The notes beneath the pieces were generated by a model. The model was not told the DNA's origin. It did no database searches and saw nothing but the letters and a program-made list of their open reading frames with translations. Source: Phoronis australis (Eukaryota > Animalia > Phoronida). Taken from it: a stretch of 64,000 bases of DNA. The position numbers were made by a program, and so were the translations under genes. The stretch spans positions 1,219,160 through 1,283,159 of the forward strand of contig NMRA01000025.1 of NCBI GenBank assembly GCA_002633005.1, read 5' to 3'. Positions 12,032 to 25,725 of this stretch are shown in pieces (position 1 is the first letter of the stretch; each line of letters begins with the position of its first letter).

Positions 12032-13027
12032 TCACACACTTTCAATTTCAAAGACTTTCAGATTTTCAAGGTACTTCACTGTTTCGGCTGAGGTTGGCCG
12101 GGTTGCTGTACTAGCTGACCAAGCACTAGTATACAATTCAAAATAGCTCCGTTCAAACGTATCGCTTTCTGGCCAGAGCAGAGGGTCCGGGCGTAAGTTG
12201 TAGGCGACGACAGCAAAAATGGCGACATGGTGGTCCTTGCCAACGTATGGCTGCGTTCTCGACAACAGCTGCCACATAGTGATGGCGAAAGAATAAATGT
12301 CAGCTTTCAAAGTTGGCTTATCACCTTTCAACAATTCTGGAGCTCTGTAAGCAAATGTTCCGGTAAGATACGAGCGATGTGTTGGGGTTATCTTTCCCTC
12401 TTCGTTGTCTACCATTTGACAGCAGCCAAAATCACCCAATTTGCAGATATCGTTCATTGTCACCATAATATTTGAAGGCTTAATATCGAGATGGACAAGA
12501 TTGCTTGAGTGTGTGAATTCAATGGCTCTGGCAATTTGTAAGCAATACTTCAGGCGTCGTGTTTGATCAATTGCTTCGTTATTGTCGTTGATAATCTGCA
12601 AGAGGTTACGACCTTCTACGTACTCCATTACAATAAATGCGCCATCTTGGGGATGAAATTTTGACGGTGAACTCGTGCTCAACGTCTGGACTATGTGAGG
12701 GTGATCAAGTTGAAGAACGTTCAGTTCAGCTTGAAAGCTTTGTCTCAGCGCCTTGGGATTTTTGCTCTTTTCGTGAATTTTCTTCACTGCAACGTGTTGA
12801 CCGAACATTTTTGCACGAAAAACTGTTCCGAATCCACCAGAACCGAGAGGTTCCATGAGGTTGATGTCTTTCCACTTCAGTCTGCGCGTGGCAATGTGGA
12901 ACGTACGTGGGCTACAGGCTGAGACAGGACTCGCCACACATTCTTCTATCGGTAGCGAGAGTCTGTTCTTTGGACTGGCAACGTATTCGTCGAGGGGCAT
13001 CGATAGTCTGTCCGTGTGAACCGGCAT
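12032..13027 (-). CDS. mos: Mos serine/threonine kinase (MAPKKK, oocyte maturation), intronless
   Basis: LMEPLGSGGFGTVFRA, VAVKK..SKNPKALRQSFQAELNVLQLDHPHIV, IVMEY, HLDIKPSNI, CKLGDFGCCQ, GTFAYRAPELLKG, KADIYSFAITMWQL, AVVAYNLRP are Mos-typical. Single exon, as known for mos. Start taken at the first ATG (MPVH, 13027); MPLD at 13000 is an alternative. Confidence 0.93.
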   Translation of the reverse strand: MPVHTDRLSMPLDEYVASPKNRLSLPIEECVASPVSACSPRTFHIATRRLKWKDINLMEPLGSGGFGTVFRAKMFGQHVAVKKIHEKSKNPKALRQSFQAELNVLQLDHPHIVQTLSTSSPSKFHPQDGAFIVMEYVEGRNLLQIINDNNEAIDQTRRLKYCLQIARAIEFTHSSNLVHLDIKPSNIMVTMNDICKLGDFGCCQMVDNEEGKITPTHRSYLTGTFAYRAPELLKGDKPTLKADIYSFAITMWQLLSRTQPYVGKDHHVAIFAVVAYNLRPDPLLWPESDTFERSYFELYTSAWSASTATRPTSAETVKYLENLKVFEIESV

Positions 13028-16000
13028 TACTATTAAATGTAAATAATGAATCAAGAAAGATATATCTACAGTTTTGTCTCATAGCAAGACATTTTTATCT
13101 CTACCCCATCGAGTTTTAACAACTGTTTATAGATCGGCAGCCTTGAGCACCCAGCTTAGATGAACGAGGTGACGTCTAATAACAGGAAAGTACCATGCGC
13201 GCACCCAGTCTAAAATGGGGAAGGAATTACTCATGCCTGAGAAATTGCACTCTGAAATTCCTTGAGGACAAAGACCACAGTTCCAGTGACTGATTTTGAC
13301 GTTATCACTGGTTTGGGCCAACAAAAACCTTTGTTTGTACCCCGTCTCCACATGAAAAAGGCACAACTGACAGCTAAGCACACTAAATGACGAATTCTCA
13401 GAAATGAAGAAGTTCAACAAAACCGTGCCTTTTTACCTTGCTTCGTCAACCAGAAAAACTGTGATGCCAAAGAATGACGAAAAAATCTTATTTCGGCCTT
13501 TTGTACTTGAAATCGCAAATTCATGACCGCCCCGGTGCAAGAGGGGAGACAAGAATTCGAATGCTCTCGCCCTTTAGATTCCAAAAATTTAGATTTAAGT
13601 ATGTGTTTTTGTTTTGATTTTTTTTTTGGTTTGAAAGCTGCACAAAACCATGTTAGCAAGGTTTCAAATGTCATAATTTTCCAAGAGACTTCGTTTTCAT
13701 TGATAATAGTCGTGCCACGTTTTGGAACCTGGCGCGTCCTTTCCAGAAGGTAATTTACCTTGCCTTGAGATTTTTAGTAGGTACACAATACCAAATGCCT
13801 TGACTTTTTGGGCAGTGTCTGGCACGATTGTTCATTTTAAACCTGTTGCGGACATTACCTTGAATAGACAATTTAGCTCACTTTTGGGTTTCTCGTGAAG
13901 TCCTCGCAGGGCCCTCAACCAGAGTGCAGACACCGGTAGACATTATATTCTGTGCATACCAAGATGCATTATAAGTGTTTTTTGTACCTCGTCCATCTAG
14001 GCAAAGTGCTCTGAGTTACCAATCTATTACGGCCAGACATTCAACGGTGTGCCTGGAATTTCCTAACCGTACAGCCGACACCTACGTGCTCATTTCGAAA
14101 AAGTCCGAAATACATGTGCATTTCAAAAATTAAAAAGAATGTTTTAACTTTAATTTCTTTATTAATTATTTGAAAATAAAGTTTACCACTGATAAGTGTA
14201 TTCTAAAACAAAAAATCTAAATCAACTACAGGAATTCTGGAAACAGTGGAAGTCTAACTTTGCTTTGTTATCCATTCGCTGATACATGTATATATTGCAC
14301 ACTTAAAATTAATGTGAGAGGGGCCTGCACTGGGTGACTCATGTTTGTATGTGCATCACATAAGTACGTTAACACTATTGATCACTTTCTTGTAATGTTA
14401 CATTTGAATGTCATTGCAGCAGCATTGCTATAAACTATTTGTAATGTTATGTTTTTAAAGTAAAGGGTACTAAAAAGGACCTCAGGCCTCGTATGTCTGA
14501 ACGATTTGTATTAATTTTAAAAATTTGCTTTTACGTTATGAGACCACGCTCACATTTTAGACAAGTACAAGTCGTTGTTTTTGAGTTGCAGTCATCCGTA
14601 CAGGAGCATATAACTCACAAGTTTGGCTAAAAGCAGTGCTCGACTCATCTAAATTTCCTCACCGCCTGTCGCGCTAGGTCACGGAAATCTTCACTGTAGT
14701 ATAATAAATACGTGGGAGCTATAGCCCCATGCCCCCCCCCCCAGGCCCCCTATTGTGCGCCGCCTATGAATATACGGAGAAAAGTAATCTGGGATGTGGC
14801 GAGGAACAAACTGATCAACACTTGAATCACATTTTTACATCTAAACTTTGATGTGGACTCAGTTGAATGAGCTTCGGTTGCATTTGTATGTACACTTTTC
14901 ACTCAGTACAGCCCTTCATTAACGCAAAGTTTTCGATTGTACATTCTGTTGAACAGCTTGATATACACTTGCGTATACTATCTGCATAATTTTCAATCTT
15001 CCGGCCTGCAGTTGTAAAGCTAACAGCCAAACAACATCACAAACAACCAAGTTAAAATAGTCATTATATTTCTATTGACAATTTGCTTTACAGCTGAACA
15101 CCGGAAGATCGGAAATTGTACAGATAGTAAGAGTGAATGTATATGAAGCTGCCCAATGGAAAAAAGTACTTCTTTAGCTATCGTCTTTCAATACATAAGT
15201 GCAGATCAAATGCTTACCGATTAATGAAGTCGCTCCATGTCAAATGCAACTGCCGCGTCGTATCAAGAGAAAAGCATGAAACCTTCATTCACTTCTAATA
15301 TCAATGGCCATTTTTGAAACGTCCACCAGCTTTGCAGCACTTACGCGCGATAACCAACAGGGTGTACCAATAGATCCTACCTCGGTGACCTGATCAGCGG
15401 GAAATTGAATGGCTCTCTCGAGGGGGTCTCGTTGCAGACATTCATCATTGTTGTTGTTATCTAATACACTACTTTCAAATAGCTGCTTAAGAACCTCGTG
15501 GCCAAAGCGCCTGTCGCCCAAGTTAAACAGTTTCCGAGCTAAGATCGTTTGAGAAATCTCTTTGAATGGTTTGTTACAACAGAGATTTCAGTGCGCGCGC
15601 GCAATCACACTGAACCAAGCAAAAAGTTCGTTCGATACGGAACAGTATTAAAATTTAATGAATTACACAACTCATTTTTATGTCTGAGCAACTTGATTCC
15701 CATGATCGCCGTGTTTAACCCAAAAAGCCAACGTCCGCTGTGCCTGTCGTCATACTTGAACTATAACGTCACACAGAACCAAACACTCCTCCAAACATTG
15801 TTGTCGAGGGTCAAAACATAATATCTCGTGTCTTCACAGGAGCAATAATTCTCATGTCAGCTGAAAACAGGAGTATCGATGCGAAAAGCGCATCCAGAGT
15901 GCGCCATGTAATACATACGCTAAGTTTATTTTCCATTGTCTTTCATGCAAAATTAGGTCATGTGAATACCAAACTTCAATTTGCAATGTTCAGGTTGTAA

Positions 16001-17649
16001 ATGATTCATGGTTACTCTGCCATGTGAGGTTGAAAATACTAAACAGTGCTGCATAAGGCAAACTTCAGACAAATGTTCCCTTCTGTCGTGTGCGTTATAA
16101 TCTTTTATTGATTCTGTTCACGATTCATCTAATTGTTACGTTTCCGATGCTATATACCCCAACCGCCACTGGAAATCCTTTTTCAGTTCAGTAAACTAAC
16201 GAAGTACAAGTAGCCTACATAATATTTTGATACATTGTGGTGCTTGATTGAAATTACTCAAGTGCGTGTTTTTACTAGCTCGGTTTCGGCCACATGTGTT
16301 CGCAAAGCTGGGCAATCTTTTGAAAGCAGGCGAACAAATCTGCGTCAAAGTAAAAGTACTAAGTGCCCCCTTAAACTACTCGAGTGCCCGGTGGCTGCTG
16401 TATGGCTATCTGCACAGATATTTTTTTCAGAAATAGACAGGAACTCAACCATTAAAAAGCAGTAACATACAGGTACAGGTACAGGTATCAGATATAGACA
16501 AATAAAGAATACAAAATATGCGTATGTTTTCAAGTATCGGTGGACTTTACTAAGGCAATCTAAAACTGGATGTCGTATTATCCTCTGACACAGCGCCACC
16601 TATACTGAAAACCCGTAGCACTGTGAAAGGGTAGACGGAGTATACGCTGGTAGAACATTATAGATTATACTAACATTAGATAAGTCACAGGTAGGCCTAT
16701 ACAAAGCTTTGCGAATATAATGATATATTAAGTTATATGTGATTTCTTACATAGTCACTGTCAGTATGTTTTCCTTACTGAACACGAAAAACGCGATGGA
16801 AAATGAGCGTGAAAGTTGAAGACTAAAGCGGAAACCAATAGGGAGCATATTCTCTGAGACCTCTACCCCCAATGCATCAAAGTATATATTGTTCCACTCT
16901 GTTGTGCTGCTTAATTAAACTGTTCTTTGACGACTGATTTGAGGAAGTTAAATGCGCCCCCAATAGCTTACATCTGGAAACTTAATTCACGCGGTAAATT
17001 TTCCATTATCGTAATGCTTATCTACGTTTGAGAAATTTAACGAAATCCAATTTCATTTGCGCATTTGCATATGTAGTTCAAATACACTGCCATGCAGTTA
17101 CAAAGAAATAAGAGTTTCTGTGGGTATTCAATGATATCACCTAGAAGGTGCGGCAGCCCATGAACTTGGTGAAATGCTCAAAATGAAACTTTCCTAACAT
17201 GAGTTTGGCCTAGTATGTAAGGTCGGTTTTGATTTGAAGTTTGTGCTGCGAAAGTTTCACCAGAGACCTGTCAGGTTTGATTTTTGCTGAGAAAGTTTCG
17301 CTGCTAAGGTTTCTTCTAGTGCTCCTATGCCACGCAGAACTTATGCTGGCTCAGAGACCTTGTGTTGTAAAAATGCCTCAGTAGCTGCATCTCGCGAGGT
17401 GTCTCGCGAGTGCATGCCATACTAATGATATAAATTGCACTGTGCAACGTCTCTAGATGATTGCCCAATACTAAAGTTTCAGAGAGAGCATGAGTTTCGT
17501 CTTGAGTGTGTGCCGACACTGAGATGTACGTCAGGTAGAACAACTTGAAATCGTTTTTGCTTTCTCAAACATATTGCAGTCGGAGGTGTGCTGACGTGTT
17601 TCTCTGTCGGAGGTGTGCTGACGTGATCCTCTGGGAGTGTTTCTGCATC

Positions 17650-20612
17650 TTACATCGCAGTGTTTTCATCTTCAGGCACCTCGCTGTCAGGCTTGTAATT
17701 AATGGCCGGATCTTCTTTACTTTTCAACAGGCTTGCCGTTCTCTCCTCTTCATCGATCGTGTCCGTTAGTTGACGACCTAATGTTTCTGGTAATAAAATA
17801 GCCAAGCCTGCCCCAATCAAAAGAGTAGATCCAAAAATAACAATAGGCACCCAAGGATATGAAACGGAGCCTAAAAGTAAAATCTGAGGAGCCACAACAC
17901 CCCCAACTCGTGTCCAGAAGGCACAGGCACCAACTCCAAGGTTTCTGAAAAAGCAATTAATTGTAACAAAGCTCGTGTACACTTAGTAGAAGAAAAGTCG
18001 TAGAAATCAATTTCCAAATAACATGTGCACCAAGGAAACCATAAACGAGGATTGGACGAGTATCAACTCATGTGACTTTCCAAATAAGGAAGTTAAAACA
18101 GTCAGGAACTTGGCAGTATTTTCGGCTTGCACGAAGCCAACTGCGCTGGAGCAAGAAACGAGGCTGAAGTTCAGTGTAAGGTTTTAGTATTGTATTGTGG
18201 GACTAGATACCCTGTTCAGGTCCCATAAACGAAGTGCAAGCTACTATCTTTCAATTCACGGAACGCAGCTCTGAATTTGAACAAATGTCAGTATCTACCC
18301 CGCATTTGAGACCATAAAGCAACAATTCCGCAGAAACGTTTTACCTTATAACCGTGGGGAATAACTCAGACGTGTACAAGAACATAACGCTGAAGCAGGA
18401 AGCCGCCGATGTGCGACCAATCAGAGCGAGCGCTGTTTTTAAACCAGTGATGTCTTTACCGTCATCTGAAAACAAGCGCAATAATTTTTAATTCAAAATC
18501 CAAGGAAGGTGACCAAACATAACATTTCGAATTAGGGAATGTGACGTGCTAAAACAAAAGTTTCTCACTGAAAAGAACACGACTCGAAAAAAGGCCATTG
18601 CCAAGGGAATTATTATTCAAATTAATAATTTACCATGAAATACTGTCATGTCAGGAACTCGATTTGTATTGCAACGATTCGACGACTTGTCCCCGACATC
18701 GTCGCCATAGCACCGCATTCAAATCGATTCCACGACGAAAATTGAATTAGGCCTTTTACTCTCATAAAATCGGCCTTGTAATATTTCTTACGGTGTTAGA
18801 TTCTATTTCCGTCACCAACAAGAATGTGGAAACTATCAACGACTCAAGAAAAAGCTACAGAGTTAATTGATTGGGGTTAGCCAAGCCTAAAATTGGAAAT
18901 TCGAAAATGGCGCATCTACATATTGCCTGTGAGTTGGTAACGAGAAAGGAATCCTATCACAGAAAGGAATATCAAGAGACCTATTTCATGGAAGTAAATG
19001 GTTTCATTAATATTTACCCATCGAAACAAGGTGAAAACTTGCAATTAGGTGTATCAACACTTCTTAGTTTTCTATTATTGCAATAAGTCTGGGATGGGTA
19101 TAATTTTGAGACGTTTTAGCATGCCAACAAGTTAAACACAGTCTTACACTTGTTTTATGTCAATGTGAAGTAGCAGAACCAGCGCGTAGCCTCGTTTCAA
19201 CGTTTATTCTTTACTATTGTTAAAACCGTCAAGTGTAGGTAAGGTTATGTAGAGCCCTAGAAAAGTCCATATTTGGCCATTTTCAGATCATCGTATCACA
19301 GAAATGGCTGATCGGATTCATATAATATAGTTTAAGCTATAAGGAATTGCTTTTGAAATGCCCCACTTCTACACGAGGGTCTATCAAAAATAGGACATTT
19401 ATGATTAATAAACACAACAGTTTCATAAAACGAAAACGAAATAATTTAGAAAACTGTAACGGCGTTTTTGAGATTTCATCGTGAACACTTTCTATAGCTA
19501 ATGAAATTTAGTCATTTCTTTGGAACCATTGTTTTGCTATCAGTGAACATTTCTTTTTTATGAAATGATAGAAAAAAGAAATGCTCTCGCGACTGAATTA
19601 ATGCCATATTGACAAAAAGTAAATCATCAATTTCCACAGGCTTTCCACTTTCAGAAAATATGCACTTTCACTGGGTTACAATGCATAGTTTTGTAGATAT
19701 TTGCCAAAAAACACAGACTTGTCGATAGGGTTCTTCACATCCTTAAAAACCTACGCGACGCTAGTTAGGCTAACAGGAAATCGAAAATTTCAAACAAGAA
19801 TACATCAATTTAGAAGTGGTGAATCTTCTAGTTGAAGCATTAAATGAACAGCACTTGGTCAATGACGTCTCATATGTAATTAGGATTAGGAAGACGTTTT
19901 AAAAAGTAAAAAAGAAATAATTCCACCAAACACATGAAACAAAAGAAGGGGGGTTAAACAAATGCTCCAAACCATGTCTATGAAAAACAATACCTGTCTG
20001 AGTAGGAATAAACGGCGTTATGATACAAAGAATACCTCCAAGAGCAAGATAGGCTATCAGTGGTTTATTGCGTCCAACTCTGGAAATTGAAGACACAGAG
20101 TGAATTTCGATTAGTAGATAAGAATGACACAGTGCTGATTTATTCATAAAGTATACACACTGACAACCAGCCTGATAAGTCCGATTTGCCGTATAAGGCA
20201 ATTGATAACTTCAACCGGCATTGCCTATCAGATGCCAAGAATGATGGTAGTAAATATTTATGTAACAGTAATAACTCATCCTATTAGAAGCAAAGAATGA
20301 TGATAGCCATAAATATTCATAACAGAAACAATGTTACTGTTATTATTCCTGGCTTCTGACTGGTGGATCTATTTCTGTGACAAATATTTATTATGTGCAT
20401 GTATGTGAGTACTATGTGTAAATATATATATACATATACTGATACGAAGATATGTATTTCATCCCATAGGCGTCGAATAAGTCGAGTGCAATACGGCCAT
20501 GGGATATTGTTTTTCACCTTGCACTGCCGGGACTACGTTAACAGTGCCCTCTGACATGGAAAATTCAAAAAGTAGGTCAGCATCCACTGGACCTGGTTCC
20601 CCAAATACTCAT

Positions 20613-20649
<37 letters not shown>

Positions 20650-23600
20650 TGCGTGCGTGCGTGCGTGTGTGTGTGCGTGTGTTTTGCGTGCGTGTTCCCG
20701 TGTGTATAAAACACAAGCATGATTTTTTGACATAATGGAAACTTCTCGCAAACGAAAGATCCACGTAATGAGAGCACTTATAATAACTAAAAAGTGAGTA
20801 AACATCTGTAGTCATTTTCAATTTCGTCCATGTCACTGTATGGATAAAGCCAATCAAGACATGCAAATGACGTCAAATTATTGTCCACTGAAAGGTACAA
20901 GTTGAAATAGTAACACATGACATACCAGTCCAATACTTACTTTGTGATAAGGATTGTAGCGAGAACATAGCCCGGCATTTCTATAGCGAAGGCGATAAAA
21001 AAGTTGAGATATTTGTCACCGGATAGCGAGGATATACTGAATGTCAGTCCATAGTAGCCAAGAGATATGCAGAACCTACAAAGAGTTGGACTAAAGGTTT
21101 TGTAAATGTTTTAAGTGAACGCTATGGAATATATCTGTTGTTGCAGTAAGAATAACATTAACCAGTATGCTAATAAATCTCCGTAATGATGAACTAAGCT
21201 AGATGATTTTCGACCAAGAGAAGATTTAACCGAGGTGCTTCGTTAAATTGTTTAAAACCATCATTTATCTTGTAGTGTCAGCATCATTAAACCTTCTGTT
21301 AAATCACTCCATATCACAATCACGAATTCAATATCTCAAAAACAAGAAAACAGAGAAATCCACGGGCACGTGTCAGCCTCGTCCGCAAGCCTCAAGATGG
21401 CGCTGATTGGTTTAGGTATTTTGAGCTTTGGATGGGAAATCAAATATGTCAGAATTCTGACACACTTTTACTGAAATGGCAGGAATATCACGATTAATCT
21501 AAAGTTATATCAACGCTGATGTCCCACGATAAAGCAAAAAGACCCATAATGTGGTCAAATACTGAGTAGTCACAACCACCAAAATACATCATTATTCTTT
21601 ATTGTACCATACACACCGCGGAAAACGAGCACCAATATCTGACGATTTTTCACAATAAACACTATGATAGATGACTAAAGCTGTGACTGGCTGTCCCGAT
21701 TCTATGTGGTACACTGTATGTGTCGACCGATAAATGCTCGTAACTCAGATCAGCTTACTCATATTGACCGATAGTGATTGGCGGTGTTGTAATTTGACAG
21801 CTGATCGACTGGTGGGCCTGTTTTTTTGTGTTTTCGATATAAAATTGGTGGTGTTTTAAAAGCACTTTAAGTTTAGATTACGAAACATCTTTGATATTGT
21901 TGATGTGTTCGTTTACAATGGCCATTAGTCAAAAGATATTATTAATGTTTGATTGCATGCGTGCATCACGAGTAAAGAATCATAATTTTTATGTAACACA
22001 GATATTCGGTGCAAAATTTGAAATATGAACAATTTGATCCTGTAATTGGACTTGAGGATTGTAATTTCCGGTTACATGTCAACCTCACAGTAGGACCCCC
22101 TGGCTTATGTTGCTAGGCTACAGGCTTATTTTTACCCAATCATGTTTTGTTAGTAAACCAGTTCTTCGAGACCCAACAACTTTTTCCGTCAACAGTTGGC
22201 AGTCGTCTCCCTTGTGCGCAATTGAAAGTCGGATAAACAGGTTGGTTCATAAACGACCGGGACAAGCAAGGCTTACAACCAAACTGTCCGCTAGGTTTCT
22301 CGTTTCAGTGTGAGAAGTAGCAAGCGAAACAATCGACAGACGCGTCACATATGCGGATTTAAGAAAGGTGAGGTGAGCCTCCAAGATCATGGTTTCTGAG
22401 TCAAGTTTTACCAGCAATCACTTTAGAACACATGTGGAACATTGTAAATCGGTAGCGGCATGTTCAAATACATTAAACACCTGTCGACAACAAGTCTACT
22501 TACCAAATAAAGAACAGTATCAATGAGCGCTTGCGCAAATGGGCTGTTCGAACGAGATCAATGAGCGTGAAAGTGCGAGAAGCATTAGAAGTAGTATTCT
22601 GCGAAGTGGATTCCAGGTCTGAATCCTCTATTGACACTTTGTTGAAGTTTGCAGCAGTTTTGAAGAACGCCTTTGCGACGTCATACTTCTGTTTGGCAAC
22701 CAACCATCGTGGTGACTCGGGTAAAACCCTGACGGTAGAGGTATACATGTTATTCAGCACTAGGTGGAAAGTCACACATGAAAAATGTTATAGCCTTCAT
22801 TTCTCTTTAAATTACGTCCAAATGTATCGATTGAGATTCTTTCCAAATTAAAGCCTACTGTTCAAAAGTGTCGGTTTCGTCTTTCCAAGAGAATTAAGAT
22901 TTATCCCAAAGGAAATTTATACATCAGAAAAAGACGAAATGATAAAATAGTGCTGTCATTGGTGAGACTAATGAAGGCGCAACGTCGTGGTTATAGTAAC
23001 AGCGAGACAACACTGGCTCTCCAAATGATGACCAAAGTCTGATCAACTTCGGGGCCCGGCATCGAAATTATTAAGGTCCTTTTCCAGCTGAAGACTTAAT
23101 ATCCATTAGTTATTTTATAATTCTGTTAATTAGTTAATACTTTTTCATTTTTTCGTTACATCTGTATCTACCTTCTTGCCTTGTCTTTAGAAATTTTTCA
23201 CAATCATGAGCTTCGGGAAAAAAGGGCACACCCATAAAACGACAACGGAAATTTATGGGAAATTCTTACCATATGAAGAATACGAAGAGGATTGACGGTA
23301 GAGATATTGCAAGCTGAATGTAATGCCAGTCACGTAGCAGGTATGCGAAGAGGGCGAGCAGCATACCACTTAAAGCCCAGAATACTTCAGTGACGGTACC
23401 TGTTATGCTGCGATGAGCGGGAATGAAGAATTCGGCCACAAACACGAACGAGCAGGTTTGAAGACCCTTAAACGAGCAAATTTCAAATGTATAAGGGAAT
23501 GTGTATTATAAAATCAACCACAAAACTGAACCATGGTGGTAGTCAAAACCATAGCACTGGCCACACAAGACTTGATACGCCAGAAAAGCCTTTACTAACA

Positions 23601-25725
23601 ACGAAACACCTGCCGAGCATCGCAAGAACGCTTACCGCGCAGTGTTTAGTGGAACACTTATAACTAAAATTGTGTCTCATTTGAGCTCTTGCTTGCATGG
23701 GCGCACCCGGGAGGGAGAGGGGGGCTCGAAGGAGACCCCCAATTTGGCGAATTGGGCAGAAAGGTCCGCCTCAGTGAAAAAAGTCCGAGTAAACGACACA
23801 AAAGTCCACAAAGGACACAGGAAATCGGCGCAGATGCACAATTCGTAGGCCTGAACTCAGTGGCCGGGTCCAGTAGTAGGATCTGTCCGAAACGATGGTT
23901 AATCTGTCAGCTTCATGAGAACACATCTGTCAAATCTTAAGACCTTGCAAAAGGATTAAGAGATACAGCAGCGGACACAAGGCGCTCAGACAGAGATGAC
24001 GGCAATATGCACTCACATACATGTACGTACAGTATACATTTGTATGCGGTCGCATAAGCCTTTTTAACTGAGCTAAAGTGAGTGCAAATCTTGAGCACAA
24101 AGCACCTATATTTCCTGTTAAAGTAAAATGACAAACAATCTCTTAAATGACTAAAATAAACTAACCTGCATGAGTATTCCTAGCACAAAACGGAACACCA
24201 CAAATAAGGCGTAATTGTGCACAAAGTATAAACAGCCACCAATCACAATTTGCACAAACAGTGCCGTTAGCAGCGATGGTTTTCGGCCCCATTTGTCCGC
24301 CAGGTGGCCGAAAATGATTCCGCCAGTCATGACACCGATGAAGTAAATGGTTGTGGCAAGATTCTTCAGATAAAGTTGATCACACACCAAATTAAACTGA
24401 AAATGTCAAAGTGACAAATCTGATTGATTTCTTACTTTTTATCTGTGCAGTAAAAAATGACCGCTTAACCTCATTTCTATAAGCTTAGAAAAGTGAGAGT
24501 AAAATCGGAAAATACATGCAGATTTGTAATTTTCGAAATGTCCTGTTTGAAGAGGCCGGGAACGCGAAAATCAGATTAAATTACACAATACAAAGTGATT
24601 CTCTGCCACTGTAACAGAATTCAACCTGTTCGGTATTTTTACGATTCGATCGTAAAAATTTTGAATTTCTGTTGATGTCAAATCATTTTTTTAGTTTCGA
24701 ATTTCAACTGCTCATCACTTTGTCGATTTTTCTTCCACAAGGCAAAGTACGTCGCCTTATTTGATATGGCAACACATAGACATAGCACATTTCTCTTATG
24801 GAAACTGTGACCTGTGATCTTTGATGTAAACAAAACGAAGTCGACTAAAAGCACCAGCCACTCCGTTTAAGAGGCAACTGATGTAAGTCGTATTTAAAAT
24901 TAGTTGTAAAGGTATCGTAAAATTCAAATACCTTTTCAAATGCACTTGGACGTCTTTCTAGGAAATCGCTTGCTTCACTGGCTTGCGTCTTATTGTGCTG
25001 TCGACCTCAGATTCGCAGTGCAATCATATATGGTAATCTGCCGTTTCAAATATTCATCTCGTCACTCAGCTGTTTGTCGAATGACTGAGCGCGTGCGCGC
25101 ATTTATCATAAGTGGGAAGGAGATTAGAACTTTGTGGTGACTAGAGTTTTTCCTTAGCGTGTATTTTTAAAAATCGTGAATTTTGTGACCTTTTCTGGAA
25201 ATTCCTTCACAAGGGAAAGTGAATAACTCTGTAGGTGAAGTTGCTAGGCAGTACTTTCGTCAGGAATTGTTAAAAAGATATTTTTGACGAGCTTTCGCGT
25301 TCCATGCCTCTTTAAGTGATATCTATTTATTGACAGCATTCGTCAGACAAACAAAATCAAAGCACGGAATGCTTATAAAATCAGAAGGGATAAATGTAGA
25401 AAGAACTAACCTCTGTAACGATTGTCTCTTCAACTGGATAGCCTTTGTAACGCTCAAACTCCCAGCCTAAGGGACAGGAAATTTCCTTTCCACTATATCT
25501 CGTGAAATTTTCAAATGCGTAACACGAGTTCTTTGCGGGAATACTCTCATTTAAAGAGAATCCGGAAGGAACCTTGCAGTGATGCTTTGGAACAGCGCCG
25601 TAGAATGACATTGCCAAATGGTTCCAATTAACAGGGGACCAGCAGCTAAAGCAGACAAGAATGTAGATTATCAGGTGATATCGTCCAGGGTTGCCCAGTT
25701 TCTTATACAGCTCGTCGACGTTCAT
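17650..25725 (-). CDS. SLC22-family organic cation transporter (Orct-like MFS), 8 coding exons, ~534 aa
   Basis: Exons 25725-25411, 24396-24166, 23466-23270, 22728-22504, 21075-20941, 20079-19994, 18465-18345, 17944-17650. All GT-AG with matching phases (1605 nt). Motifs: TIVTEFNLVCD, GHLADKWGRK, LPESPRWL, GYYGL, YTSELFPTVIRNLGVG, LPETLG. Confidence 0.92.
19240..19746. mobile_element. Possible old non-autonomous DNA transposon in an SLC22 intron
   Basis: Imperfect inverted ends: TAAGGTTATGTAGAGCCCTAGAAAAGTC versus the reverse complement of GACTTGTCGATAGGGTTCTTCACATCCTTAA. Confidence 0.3.
20615..20705. repeat. (GT)n/(GCGT)n microsatellite
   Basis: Visible dinucleotide and tetranucleotide run. 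Confidence 0.95.
23696..23868 (+). mobile_element. MITE family A, 3'-truncated copy
   Basis: CATGGGCGCACCCGG start and internal AATTTGGCGAATTGG..AAAGGTCCGC..AAAAGTCCACAAA match the 9452 copy; no right TIR. Confidence 0.75.

Noticed and set aside
21375-21415. ~40-bp sequence repeated in inverted form near 44160-44200
   Set aside because: Short remnant of a dispersed repeat with no sign of function.
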